Notes under the pieces: generated by a model | Databases searched by the model: none | What the model saw: only the letters and a program-made list of their open reading frames with translations | Told to the model about the DNA's origin: nothing | Shown: positions 18,601-27,643 of the stretch, piece by piece | How the letters are laid out: every line of letters begins with the position of its first letter | Position numbering within the stretch: position 1 is the stretch's first letter | Position numbers and translations under genes: made by a program | IMG/VR virus record: IMGVR_UViG_3300007539_000147 | Span: 1-28,221 of that record | Length of the DNA: 28,221 bases | Source of the DNA: a virus | Taxonomy: Duplodnaviria > Caudoviricetes | Direction: 5' to 3' (one strand)

Positions 18601-21600
18601 CTCTAGTTAAGTCATAATAATTAAACCATAAATTAGCTTTTGTTTGTATTGGGTCCGTATCTATTGAAGTTATTGTAAGTTCTTCAGCGTTTTTTAAATA
18701 TAAAGATTCTTGTAATATTAATTGATTAATTTGATTATCTGTTATTGGGAAACCACTAATATTTAAACCATCATACAAAAGTTCACCAGTTACAAAATAA
18801 TAAATATAGTTATTTAGTTCTGGATAAAACCCTAAATTTAATTGGTCTGTGGTTGGTGCTGGAGACCATTGTCCACCAAAACTAATTAATGCATTATTAA
18901 CTCCCACATTTAAATCATACGTGTACCCTAAACCATTTGTATTGTTGAAGTATGTATTAGCATCAAAATTATCCCATACGTCACTTAAAAAATCATTACC
19001 ATTGTCAATGAATTCTTTATATCTATGCCATATAGCACCATATTTTAAAATCCAAGCACTAGGTAATGGGTGTACTGCAGATACTTGATTTAACGTTTTA
19101 GCTATATAATCACCATATATATTATAGGTTGATTGATTCGTTAATAATGTTTTTTCTCTTAAAGTTGGTAGTGGTAATGAATTCAAAAATAAGTAAGCCG
19201 CTGATTTATATGGATTATCAACATTATTAATTTCGTTAGAAACACCTTCAACTAAACTATTAATAAAATAAGGTGTATTCAATAATGAAGTTATTTGTTT
19301 AGAAAAAATCTTACCATTGTAATCATTACCATATTCTAAATTACCTTCTGTTGTAATTAAGTTTTGATTACACACGTATTCTGTTCCCTCCTGATATTGT
19401 ACCGTACCATAAAAAGTTTCCCAAGAATTTCTAGTATTTTGATTATTAACAAACCTATCTTGTACCTTATTAGATAATTCTGTTAATGCTGTTTTTGTTG
19501 CCCAATCACCATCAGTGTAAAATTGTATGTTTTCTACAACTAAAGATGTTGCATTATTTGGTATTATTGAAGCGAAAACTTTTTGGTCTGCTTGGTAATT
19601 AATACTTTGTGAAATATTATTTAAATTTTCATAACTAGATATATCTATACCAGCAGCTAAATTATTTACAGTCCAAGATGTGTTTGGTGATGTTGAAACA
19701 AAATGTGAAAAAGGAAAAGTTTCCAAAATATTTTCATTTCTAATGTTTCCAGAAATTAAAACAGAATTTAATTTATCCAAAGTTTCTTGTATGTCACCAT
19801 CATTTAATTGATAAGTTAAATTTTTAAATTCGTTAAAAGGTGTCAATGTAAAACTAGAATCATTTACTTTAGTCCTAATATATGGTGTATTAAATTGGTC
19901 TCTTATTAATAGTTGGTAATTGTTTAATGGTGATATTTCTTGTAAATAATCTAAATAAGTATTGTAATTAAAGTTTTGATTTTTAAGTAATTCATTAAGG
20001 TCAAGCAAACCACTTAAATATTCTTTTATATTAAAAGCCTCTATTTTTGATAATTCGTAAAATGCATTTTTACTAACATTTTCTTTTAATCTAGTTGATA
20101 AACCAGAAAAAACAGAAAATACTGTAGACCTATCCCAAATTTCATAATTGAATGGAACTACAGATTTATTAATATAAACTTGTTCTTCACCTAACTCAAA
20201 TGATGTAATAGGTATCCAATTACCACCAACACTATTAACTGAAAATTCTGGTTTGGTATCAGAATTACTGATAAGTTGAGCTTTAAAAAATTCTTCCACA
20301 AAATAAACTTCTGGCCACAATATATTATCATAAGCCTTTGTTTGACCTAATACTTTTGGTGAACCTGGGTAAGTACTAACATACTGTGGTCCATTTTCAT
20401 CAGTTTCTTCAATATAATAATGTGGCCAAGGGTAAACTATAACGTCTTCATCAACACTACTAGGATTACCAGGTCCTTTAACAGCATTTAATCTATCTAA
20501 ACTATCTCTAACCGCAAAAGCTTCTGAATGTGTTTCATCCATCAATCTTAAAAATGTGTCAGCGTGTGATATAAATATAGCAAATATATTTCTTATCGTT
20601 GGATTAAACCCTAATGATTCTATAACTACAGAATTTACAGCTGAAGTTAATTCATTTTCAATTTGTGTCCTTTTTGTATTAAATACTGTTATTATTTTAC
20701 CTATTTTATCTTCAAAAATATCAAACCTAAACCAATCACCCGTACTATCTTCAAAGCCTGTAGGTGGTGTTGTTATAAAATCATCTAATTTTATATCGAC
20801 AGGTATGGATTGTTTACCTCCATTGCCAAAAGTTTTATTTCTTAATAAAGATTCATTACCTTCTTTTATTCTTTTTTTTATATTTTCGAAAGCTTCTTTT
20901 TGTTTTACTGGATTATCCCTATATTGTTTTTTAAATTGGTAATATACTACGTCTGTAGATATATCAACTTGTGGACCACTAACTGAATTTATATCTGTAT
21001 CAATATATGTTGACCTCCAACCACCAGAAGTTAATATTTTATTTCTATATAATGTTGAACTTTTATCATAAGTTTCAATATCATCCAAAGCATCTAAATT
21101 ATAACTTTTTAATTTTTTTTCTATATCATTTTCTAACTCTTTTACTCTTTGTATTAAGTCATCTATTGTTATATCTGGTAAATTTTCACTAATTAAACCT
21201 TTTGATTTGTAAGCAGCATATACTTGACTTAAAATTTGTCTTCCACGACTAGTTATAAAATCAGACTTTTCATCCTCATTAGTCTCTATTTGGTATGATT
21301 TAGAAAACATATATGGAGCTACTCTCATTTCTTGTAGTGTAATGTCAGCTAATAATGCTGTCACTCTACCTTTAAAATTACAAACTACATTATAGTTTCC
21401 TGATGTTGAATCAAATGATGCATTAAATTTTTCCAACATTAGTTGGTATTCTACCGCTTTACCATAATATCCCTTTAATTTTAATTTAAATAATGGATAT
21501 GGTAGTTGAAAAAAAGCGGCGTATGGTGAATTAGCTCCTTGTTCAAAAAGTGTTTGTCCTCTTACATCAGTAAAAGTTATATTTACTATTGGAGTAAATG

Positions 21601-22063
21601 CTCTACTTAATGAGACTGAAATATTATTAATTCCAAAAGATTCAGAATCAATTTTATTTCTAATTTGTTCATTAAATAATAATTGACCATTAGCTCCTAT
21701 TGTACTAGTTTGTATCCTTTGGTTTAGTGAACCAGCGTCAGTACCAAATCCTTTACCAGTTTGTGTATCAGTCCAATCACTAGTGTAATAATCTTTACCT
21801 TGTGGTTTTAAAAAATTTATTTCACCTTCAAAAACATCAATAAAAGCCTCTGGTGTTTGATTATCTACACCGGCACCACTTATTAGTTTACTTCTTGGTA
21901 CCACTCTAGCTTTTAAACTAGCATATATTACCAATTCTTCAGATTTAACCAATCTATCTTTTACTCGTCCACCTTCAAAAACTCTGTTTGGGTCTACCAA
22001 TAAAATATTGTTTTCTGAAAATTCAACTAATACATTATCACCATTAGATATTTCATTTGCCAT
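15665..22063 (-). CDS. Giant baseplate hub-like protein (gp27/Mu gp44/VgrG-type ends) with a C-terminal N-acetylmuramoyl-L-alanine amidase (Amidase_2, T7 lysozyme-like), 2132 aa
   Basis: The amidase is clear: YIIIHVTA, GIGYHFLI, IGAHTLGHNSRSLAV, GHNEFANKRCPCF. The hub-like C-terminal barrel pattern is RSYTCKIEAMGN..IQP....L.....FSGPYLILDVEHNI....MTTTFTGVR. The gene follows the gp53-like gene, where hub genes usually sit. Confidence 0.75.
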   Translation of the reverse strand: MANEISNGDNVLVEFSENNILLVDPNRVFEGGRVKDRLVKSEELVIYASLKARVVPRSKLISGAGVDNQTPEAFIDVFEGEINFLKPQGKDYYTSDWTDTQTGKGFGTDAGSLNQRIQTSTIGANGQLLFNEQIRNKIDSESFGINNISVSLSRAFTPIVNITFTDVRGQTLFEQGANSPYAAFFQLPYPLFKLKLKGYYGKAVEYQLMLEKFNASFDSTSGNYNVVCNFKGRVTALLADITLQEMRVAPYMFSKSYQIETNEDEKSDFITSRGRQILSQVYAAYKSKGLISENLPDITIDDLIQRVKELENDIEKKLKSYNLDALDDIETYDKSSTLYRNKILTSGGWRSTYIDTDINSVSGPQVDISTDVVYYQFKKQYRDNPVKQKEAFENIKKRIKEGNESLLRNKTFGNGGKQSIPVDIKLDDFITTPPTGFEDSTGDWFRFDIFEDKIGKIITVFNTKRTQIENELTSAVNSVVIESLGFNPTIRNIFAIFISHADTFLRLMDETHSEAFAVRDSLDRLNAVKGPGNPSSVDEDVIVYPWPHYYIEETDENGPQYVSTYPGSPKVLGQTKAYDNILWPEVYFVEEFFKAQLISNSDTKPEFSVNSVGGNWIPITSFELGEEQVYINKSVVPFNYEIWDRSTVFSVFSGLSTRLKENVSKNAFYELSKIEAFNIKEYLSGLLDLNELLKNQNFNYNTYLDYLQEISPLNNYQLLIRDQFNTPYIRTKVNDSSFTLTPFNEFKNLTYQLNDGDIQETLDKLNSVLISGNIRNENILETFPFSHFVSTSPNTSWTVNNLAAGIDISSYENLNNISQSINYQADQKVFASIIPNNATSLVVENIQFYTDGDWATKTALTELSNKVQDRFVNNQNTRNSWETFYGTVQYQEGTEYVCNQNLITTEGNLEYGNDYNGKIFSKQITSLLNTPYFINSLVEGVSNEINNVDNPYKSAAYLFLNSLPLPTLREKTLLTNQSTYNIYGDYIAKTLNQVSAVHPLPSAWILKYGAIWHRYKEFIDNGNDFLSDVWDNFDANTYFNNTNGLGYTYDLNVGVNNALISFGGQWSPAPTTDQLNLGFYPELNNYIYYFVTGELLYDGLNISGFPITDNQINQLILQESLYLKNAEELTITSIDTDPIQTKANLWFNYYDLTREGYLSGYTTAQYLLFPCEGGMKKSQLEFEVESPYYLKNNQNVTNGAVRLVWGLSNYGYFEHKPNTLPRPDQYLKRILSDQEEQLSFDIVNNEEYASIEELFDIFTPEILDRFEEYFLNFTKYFDPDPQVFYDEEDIMSLNFQKLLREFLKIDQDKVNTTQSNTQLSYNLGKTQLDKINVTLRQFLAHQTAFNFYNPKDVNILVFKSIAPSSGATQYINFGNYQGNLPPDISLTQSTTLYPNEWKELRKNVGFYSDSLSSGYTLNLIYNDAGNYVTEFFREFNIDFNVTNIKNLRKIIRMYVTARIEAGADQNIDNREFLQRIKTEVIESWEFSQFDYLNQLFIQLQKVLPETTETEIEEFTNNSTYESDENKLEQYQVFKTLNDKWVSGEEFSNKYLFEDFLFYDVANRDVGDKAIITTDAIMSFGSPNNAKASLLTIIGSLLQGNFFNFMGMPSYINFYGMTSQGDTPIPKLSTQDEADAIFGTHLEVDSLDSGPKFLCQYVGPPSTQLGGELSKKSKYENDSFLLGRTAQNPLLSTNYDPQKNNKVVAFAVDFGIQSQGIFKGITLDQSQFKNTSESFAVTESMAQSANDKSILTQGLSLFNIYKTRSYTCKIEAMGNVCIQPTMYFSLRHIPMFSGPYLILDVEHNIQPNTMTTTFTGVRVPFHKMPEITQLVAKVNQTFLNKVRKKVKEEKAIQRQGGFEPESTTESESVKSGNSNFRGRDDDKLDYIIIHVTAGINYGNDPVSTINQQHINRGFAGIGYHFLIGRGAEGNDNSPEGTLYGARPDNKIGAHTLGHNSRSLAVSMIANCDKIGVYGKDEGGDHPTRIQKETLEWTLLWLLFKTGLLKMGNNMSVIVKTRESDVEVTNPKVLDNTGGIGSDLWMNILKGHNEFANKRCPCFRVERTLSDTSPGSLMSKLRVKLKKALEDSSFTPGPDYGQTSMIRYFSKKAKEKGWVPSPWSTSTGQFGGRDLAVN

Positions 22064-22077
22064 AATTAATTAAATAG

Positions 22078-22545
22078 TTAAAAAGAAGATGAATAAGAAC
22101 TACTACTATTATTTGACCTAGTATTAATGGTACCTTGTCTCCCAGTTGTGTTAGTACTTACGGGTGCCACATAAGTAATTGGTGTGGTACCAATATTTGG
22201 AACATCAAAAGTGTTTATTGGTACATTTTTACCATAAAAAAAGAAATAGTCATCCACCGCTTGTTTATAATTTTGCAAAGAAGCTACTAAAGGATACGGA
22301 ACAATCAATACTTGACCATCTTTAATATTCCATTCCAATCCACCAACTTGTGGATTAGCTTGTAAAATTAACCAACCAAAATATGGACTATCATAATATT
22401 GTTGACTTATTTTATCTAGTCTTGAGCTATTAGTTTTATATATAGTTTTTTTGTCTGTAGGTAATGATGGTAATTTAAGAAATGGTATTGTTAAATTTTC
22501 ACCATTAACGTTAAAATCTGAATATCTATTATAATATCTAGCCAT
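22078..22545 (-). CDS. Baseplate wedge protein, gp53 / P2 gpX / LysM-like (155 aa)
   Basis: SRLDKISQQYYDSPYFGWLILQANP...IKDGQVLIVP matches the R(L)D.IA..YYG....W.I..AN...I..G..L.IP pattern. Ser/Thr-rich C-terminal tail. Confidence 0.8.
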   Translation of the reverse strand: MARYYNRYSDFNVNGENLTIPFLKLPSLPTDKKTIYKTNSSRLDKISQQYYDSPYFGWLILQANPQVGGLEWNIKDGQVLIVPYPLVASLQNYKQAVDDYFFFYGKNVPINTFDVPNIGTTPITYVAPVSTNTTGRQGTINTRSNNSSSSYSSSF

Positions 22546-22547
22546 AA

Positions 22548-25500
22548 TTAATAAAATTTTAAATTAAAACTACTAGTAGGACCTAAGCTTTTCTGACTAG
22601 CGTTTTCTCTTATGTAAGATTCTAATGTTGGGTCTGTAACTTGTTCGTAAGTCATTTCTCGTTTTTTATCATCTTTTAAATCTGTTAGGTCAGTAGGATA
22701 AACTAATTGTGTTAATCCTTGTGATAATGTATTTTTTCCTTCTGGTATTGTTTTATCAACAAACTCTTCTTTAATATCTAATAATTTTCTCATGTAGAAA
22801 TCTTCATTTAAAGCTATGAATTCAGAACATTTGTTTTGGAAGGTAGTTACCCATAAAGGTGTTGTAAGTGGTGGTGGATAAAGTACATCTATCATTTCAG
22901 TTATAAAATTAGCTGGACCTGGATAATTTATATTATTATCTTTTAATGGTTGTATGTTTGTTGTAACTAAAGAATCAACAGTAGATTCATCCATTAAGTC
23001 TATTCCAAATAAAATATATTCCATAATAAATGGGTCTAGAGAAGAACTAGATGGTGAACTAAAGTTATTAGCTAATGTTCCAGTTGATGACAAATCAAAT
23101 TGGTTTTCTGTTGTTAATTTAGCATTCACAACGTCATTAAGTACCGTACTTAAAGCTAAATCACTACTATCACCATTATATATTTTACTGTAACACGTTA
23201 CTAAATTTGTCAAATATTTGTAATCGTCACCCAATTCTTTTAAAGTGTTATCTGGTGGTGCAACCCCATTAGCTGTTGGGTATACATCAGTCCCACCAGA
23301 CAATTTAAGTGTTGTCCACTTACCATTTTCACCATAACCGTCAGCTCCCCTATTAACAACATTTAATTGATTAACATACTTAACATAGTTTAATGTTAAC
23401 GTTTTTAAATTTAAATCTAATTGGGTAAATTGATATTCGTATTCACCTATACTAAATTCTAACTGTTCTAATAAGAAATCTTTAAGGTCGTCTTCTTGTG
23501 CTTCTGTAAGTCCATCAGCTATTGTTTGTATATATGTAGTACCACTTTCTATTTTAGATTTATATGTATCACTAAGGTTACTAAGTCTATTTTCCCAACC
23601 CTCTGAAAAACCAATTAATTTTCCATTATTAGTATCAAAAGTACCAGACGTTGATGTAGATGTATAATATTCACCTTCATACATTTGTTTTTCAGAAAAG
23701 AAAATTTGTAATCCAGCGTAATTTTGTTCACTAATATATTTAAATAGATAATCGTTACTTCCACTTATATATTCATAAGCTGCTTCACTTAAATCATTCC
23801 AATTATTTTGATAATTTATAGTACCAGTTTGACCACTAGTACCTTCTTGTGAGTTTGTTCTATCACCTATCGTAATACCATCATTAGATGAAGTATCTTG
23901 TTCATCTACCTCATCAGCTGTACCTTGTGGATTATCTAATCCAGTATTATTAATTAAATCAGAATTTTCTTGTATCCAAGCTTGTTCGTCTGGGTCTTTA
24001 TCTGTTACAGTTAATACAGCTCTATCATCATAAACTTCTGTATTAGCGAAGAAGTTAAATGATAATGCATTTTGTAATTGTGTTACTGGTTCTTTTAACC
24101 CTTGACCACCAATATATTTAAAACTAATAGTTACAGCAGCTATCATAGGTTGTACTCCAATACCTTCAGGATTTAAATCTAATAAATTATTATCGTATGT
24201 AAAAGAAACATTATCTATAGCTATTTTTGTGTGATAAAAATCACCAACCCTTAAAACACATATCGGTGGTGCACCAAATGATGTATTTTTAGCATCTACA
24301 GACCTATTTAAAGTTCCTCCTCTATCAACAACTGTTGGTATTGTAGCACCAGGTCTAACACATTGATTTAAAAAAGTTAATCTACTATTTAAACCTTCGG
24401 GTGTAATACTATGAAAACTTGGATGGAAAAATTTAAATTTTTGTTTTAAAGAATCATAAATAAATTCATTTTCTTCTTGTATCATATCAAAATAATCACA
24501 TTCTGTAACCATTTTTTGTAATATCTTATTAGCGATTTCTCTTCTAGTATTTTTATCTTTTTCAATATTTAATTCTTCTTGTTGTGATATCGGTCTAATT
24601 CTTTTTCTATCTATAGGTGGTTTTGGTTCAGGTTCTGGTTCAGGTTTTGGTTTAGCTTCCATATCAATGTTAGATATTGTCACATATCTACAACTAGCTG
24701 CTGGAGCAGAATAAACAGCTCCAACTTCTCCAGCCTCACCAGTTCCAGTTGTCGCAGAATATAAAACATTATTACAAAATTCTTCACCTAAAGCTTGACC
24801 ATCTGGTATATTTAAATCACCACTATCAATGTAAGCTGAAAATGCATTTTTCCCATCTATTTGATAGTTTTTAAACATTTGTTTCACAGAATCTAATCTT
24901 CTTTGTGATAATTTTTTGTTATATTCATTAGTAGCGATAGAACTAGCTGAACCATTAAAACTCAATGTAACAGTATGTAATCCCGAATCTAATATTGTTT
25001 TTAAGTCCCTAGCAAATTTAGGCCAAACATCTTGATATTCATTATAAGCTACATCATTGAAAAAATTACTTAATCCTTCTTTTTGTGAATCAACAGCTCT
25101 ATCTATTTGTGGTTGAAATGATGTTCCTCCAGGTACTAAATATTGTCCAAATGAAGACATACTCCCTTCCGCACATTCAACATAACTAACAGTTGATGTA
25201 ATTCTAGATGTATTTGGGTCTGGATAATCGTTATCAAAATAAAATGTTAGACCTGGTTCTAGAGTTGGTAAAGTTACATTCTCTACTTCTTGTGGTTCTT
25301 CTGTCGCTGATTCATTTATAATTTCTCTAGTTGCTCTATCTGATAAACCAGGTGTGTTAAGTTGTTCGTTTAAAGATTGTAACTCATTAACTGAAAATTG
25401 TTTCCATTTCCTAGCTAAATCAAATATATCATATCTTTTACACCCAGCAAAAAATGAATCTACTATAGCGTCAGTTTGTTCTGGTCCTAATTTTTCTAAT

Positions 25501-27605
25501 TCTTTCCTAACTAATAAATTAAGAATACTTGGGTGGTCAACAACTATTTTAAATCTTAAACTACCAGTTCTATTTGTACTATTGTAAGTATATATTGGTT
25601 CTGGTCTACCTAAAAATGTGTTTTCAGTCCAATTAGCATTACTAGATTCATCAACACTTAAATCATAAGGTGGAAACCACATAATTCTACCCCCATTCGG
25701 ACCTTTTTCACACGATGGTAAATCATCATATGTAAATCCAGGTTCACCACTAGTTCTCCAAGCTAAGTTCTCTATTGAGAACATATATTTTTTAACTTTA
25801 CCATCAACAATATTACTTGAACCTTTTCCAGATTCATCAGTTCTATGTGGAGCTATATTTAAATTAAACGGACTATCTAAAACAGAATAAGTTTCTTTTC
25901 TGTGGTTAGTATTAAATCTAACCATTCTATCATAAGTGTAATAAGGTACGTCTTTAGTCCATACTCTACAGTATTCTCTTGCTTCTTCAACACCATTTCC
26001 ACTTGTTGGGTCTGTATTTACAAATCTTCTAACTCTAGAACCTTTAGTCAATTCTTTATACCCATCATTAAATACTTTACTAACTTGGTTCATAGCGTGT
26101 GAAACTGACTTTAAAGCCGCTCCACCTTTTGGTACTGAATCAATAATTTGTTGTGTTACATCCATCAAACTATCTTCTCTAAATGAATAGTTTGATGATT
26201 TTGTCCTATCGTAATTATTTGGTGTTTGATATCTAGTAGTATTGTCTGTTGACCCTTCTGGTCCTTGTGTTGCACCAGGTTCTTGTGGACCTACTCTATT
26301 GTTATTTGCATTATTATTAAATAAAGATGGAATACTGTTTAGAAAACCACCACCAGGTGTTTTATTAGTATACCAAGTAAAACCAGCCGCCGTGTCACCT
26401 TGATTAGTATAGGTCCTACCTTTCATACCAAAATCATAATCGTTTTGGTCAAATTCTTTAGATACTGCGTCTGGTCCAAATATCGGAACATAATTTTTAC
26501 CAGCATATGTGTTTTCTGGTGGACTTGTCATATCAACAATCCTATTTCTAGGTCCACCAACATACTGTGGTGGGTTAGGTGGGAAATTACCAAAACCTAA
26601 TATTCCACCACCTATAAAATCTATAGCTTCACCAAATCCAACACCTATAGCTGTCTGTGCTTCTGCACCCTCACCATATTGTGGACCATATTTATTATAT
26701 CTAATAGCTTTAAATAACCTGGATTTAGTACCATTACCAGTATACTCTAAAAATCTTTGTGATGGTGATTGTCTTCTTCTTGGTATTCCTATTAAACTTC
26801 CTAATATACCCGTAATATCTGAAATAACTTTTTCAACTCCACTTGAACCTCTAGGTGGTTCAAGTTCAAAGTAATCACCAGGAATATAAGAATAAGGTAC
26901 ATAAACTCCGGTAATTCTTGATACAAAATCTAATCCTTGACCTACAATTGATTTAGGTTGTGTTATTGTATTATCTCTTTGAATTAATGGTTGTCTACCA
27001 GTTACAATATCTAAAGCGTCTATTGGGTCTTGTAAAGCATCAACAAAACTTAGTCTGCCTATGGTTTCTTGATATAATTCTTGAGCTATCCGTTCTTGAA
27101 ATTCACTTCTTAATTGTATTGCTGCAGCTTGTTGTAATGGACTATCTTGTAATAATGTTTGTGATAATAAACCTTCAGCTGATACACCTAATAGTATATC
27201 TATTGGTGAATAATATCTTCCTACTGTTCTAAATGGATTTTCACCAAATAAACCAGCTCCAGTTTCTGGTGCTGTAAAATTAGGGTATTCACCTTCATTT
27301 ACTTTAGCTACACCTTGACTAGTAGTATATATGTTTATAAAATTTGAATAACCACCTTTTGGACCATAAGCGTTATTTAAATAAAGTTTATCTAAAAACA
27401 TCTCAGAATTTTCTTCAACACTTGGTTGGTCTATAACGTCTTTAACACTTAAAGATGTAACAGAATATGTTGAATTATTATATGTGCCATATGGTCCTAT
27501 TCCTTCTGGATTTGGTAAATTTTTGGTTAATAATAAATCTCTTAGAGCTTTAGTACCCGAAAAACTTAATTGTGAAAAATTGTTATTTTGTGGAGAACCC
27601 GGCAT
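22548..27605 (-). CDS. Giant tail-tube-initiator/baseplate-like protein with an internal OmpA-like domain (1685 aa)
   Basis: Tube-initiator-like segments MWFPPYDLSVDESSNANW....FLGRPEPIYTY....RTGSLRFKIVVD and PPICVLRVGDFYHTKIAIDNVSFTYD...PMIAAVTISFKYIG flank an OmpA C-like segment (FYFDNDYP...VTLSFNGSASS......YNKKLSQRRLDSV...R.V.I) and a PKPEPEPEPKPP linker. Confidence 0.65.
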   Translation of the reverse strand: MPGSPQNNNFSQLSFSGTKALRDLLLTKNLPNPEGIGPYGTYNNSTYSVTSLSVKDVIDQPSVEENSEMFLDKLYLNNAYGPKGGYSNFINIYTTSQGVAKVNEGEYPNFTAPETGAGLFGENPFRTVGRYYSPIDILLGVSAEGLLSQTLLQDSPLQQAAAIQLRSEFQERIAQELYQETIGRLSFVDALQDPIDALDIVTGRQPLIQRDNTITQPKSIVGQGLDFVSRITGVYVPYSYIPGDYFELEPPRGSSGVEKVISDITGILGSLIGIPRRRQSPSQRFLEYTGNGTKSRLFKAIRYNKYGPQYGEGAEAQTAIGVGFGEAIDFIGGGILGFGNFPPNPPQYVGGPRNRIVDMTSPPENTYAGKNYVPIFGPDAVSKEFDQNDYDFGMKGRTYTNQGDTAAGFTWYTNKTPGGGFLNSIPSLFNNNANNNRVGPQEPGATQGPEGSTDNTTRYQTPNNYDRTKSSNYSFREDSLMDVTQQIIDSVPKGGAALKSVSHAMNQVSKVFNDGYKELTKGSRVRRFVNTDPTSGNGVEEAREYCRVWTKDVPYYTYDRMVRFNTNHRKETYSVLDSPFNLNIAPHRTDESGKGSSNIVDGKVKKYMFSIENLAWRTSGEPGFTYDDLPSCEKGPNGGRIMWFPPYDLSVDESSNANWTENTFLGRPEPIYTYNSTNRTGSLRFKIVVDHPSILNLLVRKELEKLGPEQTDAIVDSFFAGCKRYDIFDLARKWKQFSVNELQSLNEQLNTPGLSDRATREIINESATEEPQEVENVTLPTLEPGLTFYFDNDYPDPNTSRITSTVSYVECAEGSMSSFGQYLVPGGTSFQPQIDRAVDSQKEGLSNFFNDVAYNEYQDVWPKFARDLKTILDSGLHTVTLSFNGSASSIATNEYNKKLSQRRLDSVKQMFKNYQIDGKNAFSAYIDSGDLNIPDGQALGEEFCNNVLYSATTGTGEAGEVGAVYSAPAASCRYVTISNIDMEAKPKPEPEPEPKPPIDRKRIRPISQQEELNIEKDKNTRREIANKILQKMVTECDYFDMIQEENEFIYDSLKQKFKFFHPSFHSITPEGLNSRLTFLNQCVRPGATIPTVVDRGGTLNRSVDAKNTSFGAPPICVLRVGDFYHTKIAIDNVSFTYDNNLLDLNPEGIGVQPMIAAVTISFKYIGGQGLKEPVTQLQNALSFNFFANTEVYDDRAVLTVTDKDPDEQAWIQENSDLINNTGLDNPQGTADEVDEQDTSSNDGITIGDRTNSQEGTSGQTGTINYQNNWNDLSEAAYEYISGSNDYLFKYISEQNYAGLQIFFSEKQMYEGEYYTSTSTSGTFDTNNGKLIGFSEGWENRLSNLSDTYKSKIESGTTYIQTIADGLTEAQEDDLKDFLLEQLEFSIGEYEYQFTQLDLNLKTLTLNYVKYVNQLNVVNRGADGYGENGKWTTLKLSGGTDVYPTANGVAPPDNTLKELGDDYKYLTNLVTCYSKIYNGDSSDLALSTVLNDVVNAKLTTENQFDLSSTGTLANNFSSPSSSSLDPFIMEYILFGIDLMDESTVDSLVTTNIQPLKDNNINYPGPANFITEMIDVLYPPPLTTPLWVTTFQNKCSEFIALNEDFYMRKLLDIKEEFVDKTIPEGKNTLSQGLTQLVYPTDLTDLKDDKKREMTYEQVTDPTLESYIRENASQKSLGPTSSFNLKFY

Positions 27606-27620
27606 AATTCTTTATTTTAC

Positions 27621-27630
27621 TATAAATATT
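27621..27630 (-). promoter_or_regulatory. AATATTTATA motif upstream of the 1685-aa gene (same family as 6098 and 15626)
   Basis: Minus strand GAATATTTATAGTAAAATAAAGAATTATG; shares the AATATTTATA core. Confidence 0.5.
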
Positions 27631-27643
27631 CGAAAAAAAATTA

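Noticed and set aside
24618-24656. Short tandem DNA repeat (ggttca/ggttct units)
   Set aside because: It simply encodes the PKPEPEPEPKPP linker and is not an independent repeat element.
3780-27605. Bacterial contractile injection system (eCIS/T6SS) rather than a phage
   Set aside because: Baseplate genes are interleaved with phage-type replication genes (gp32-like SSB, stand-alone 5' nuclease, SF4 helicase, RNR) in a single-strand, gap-free layout.
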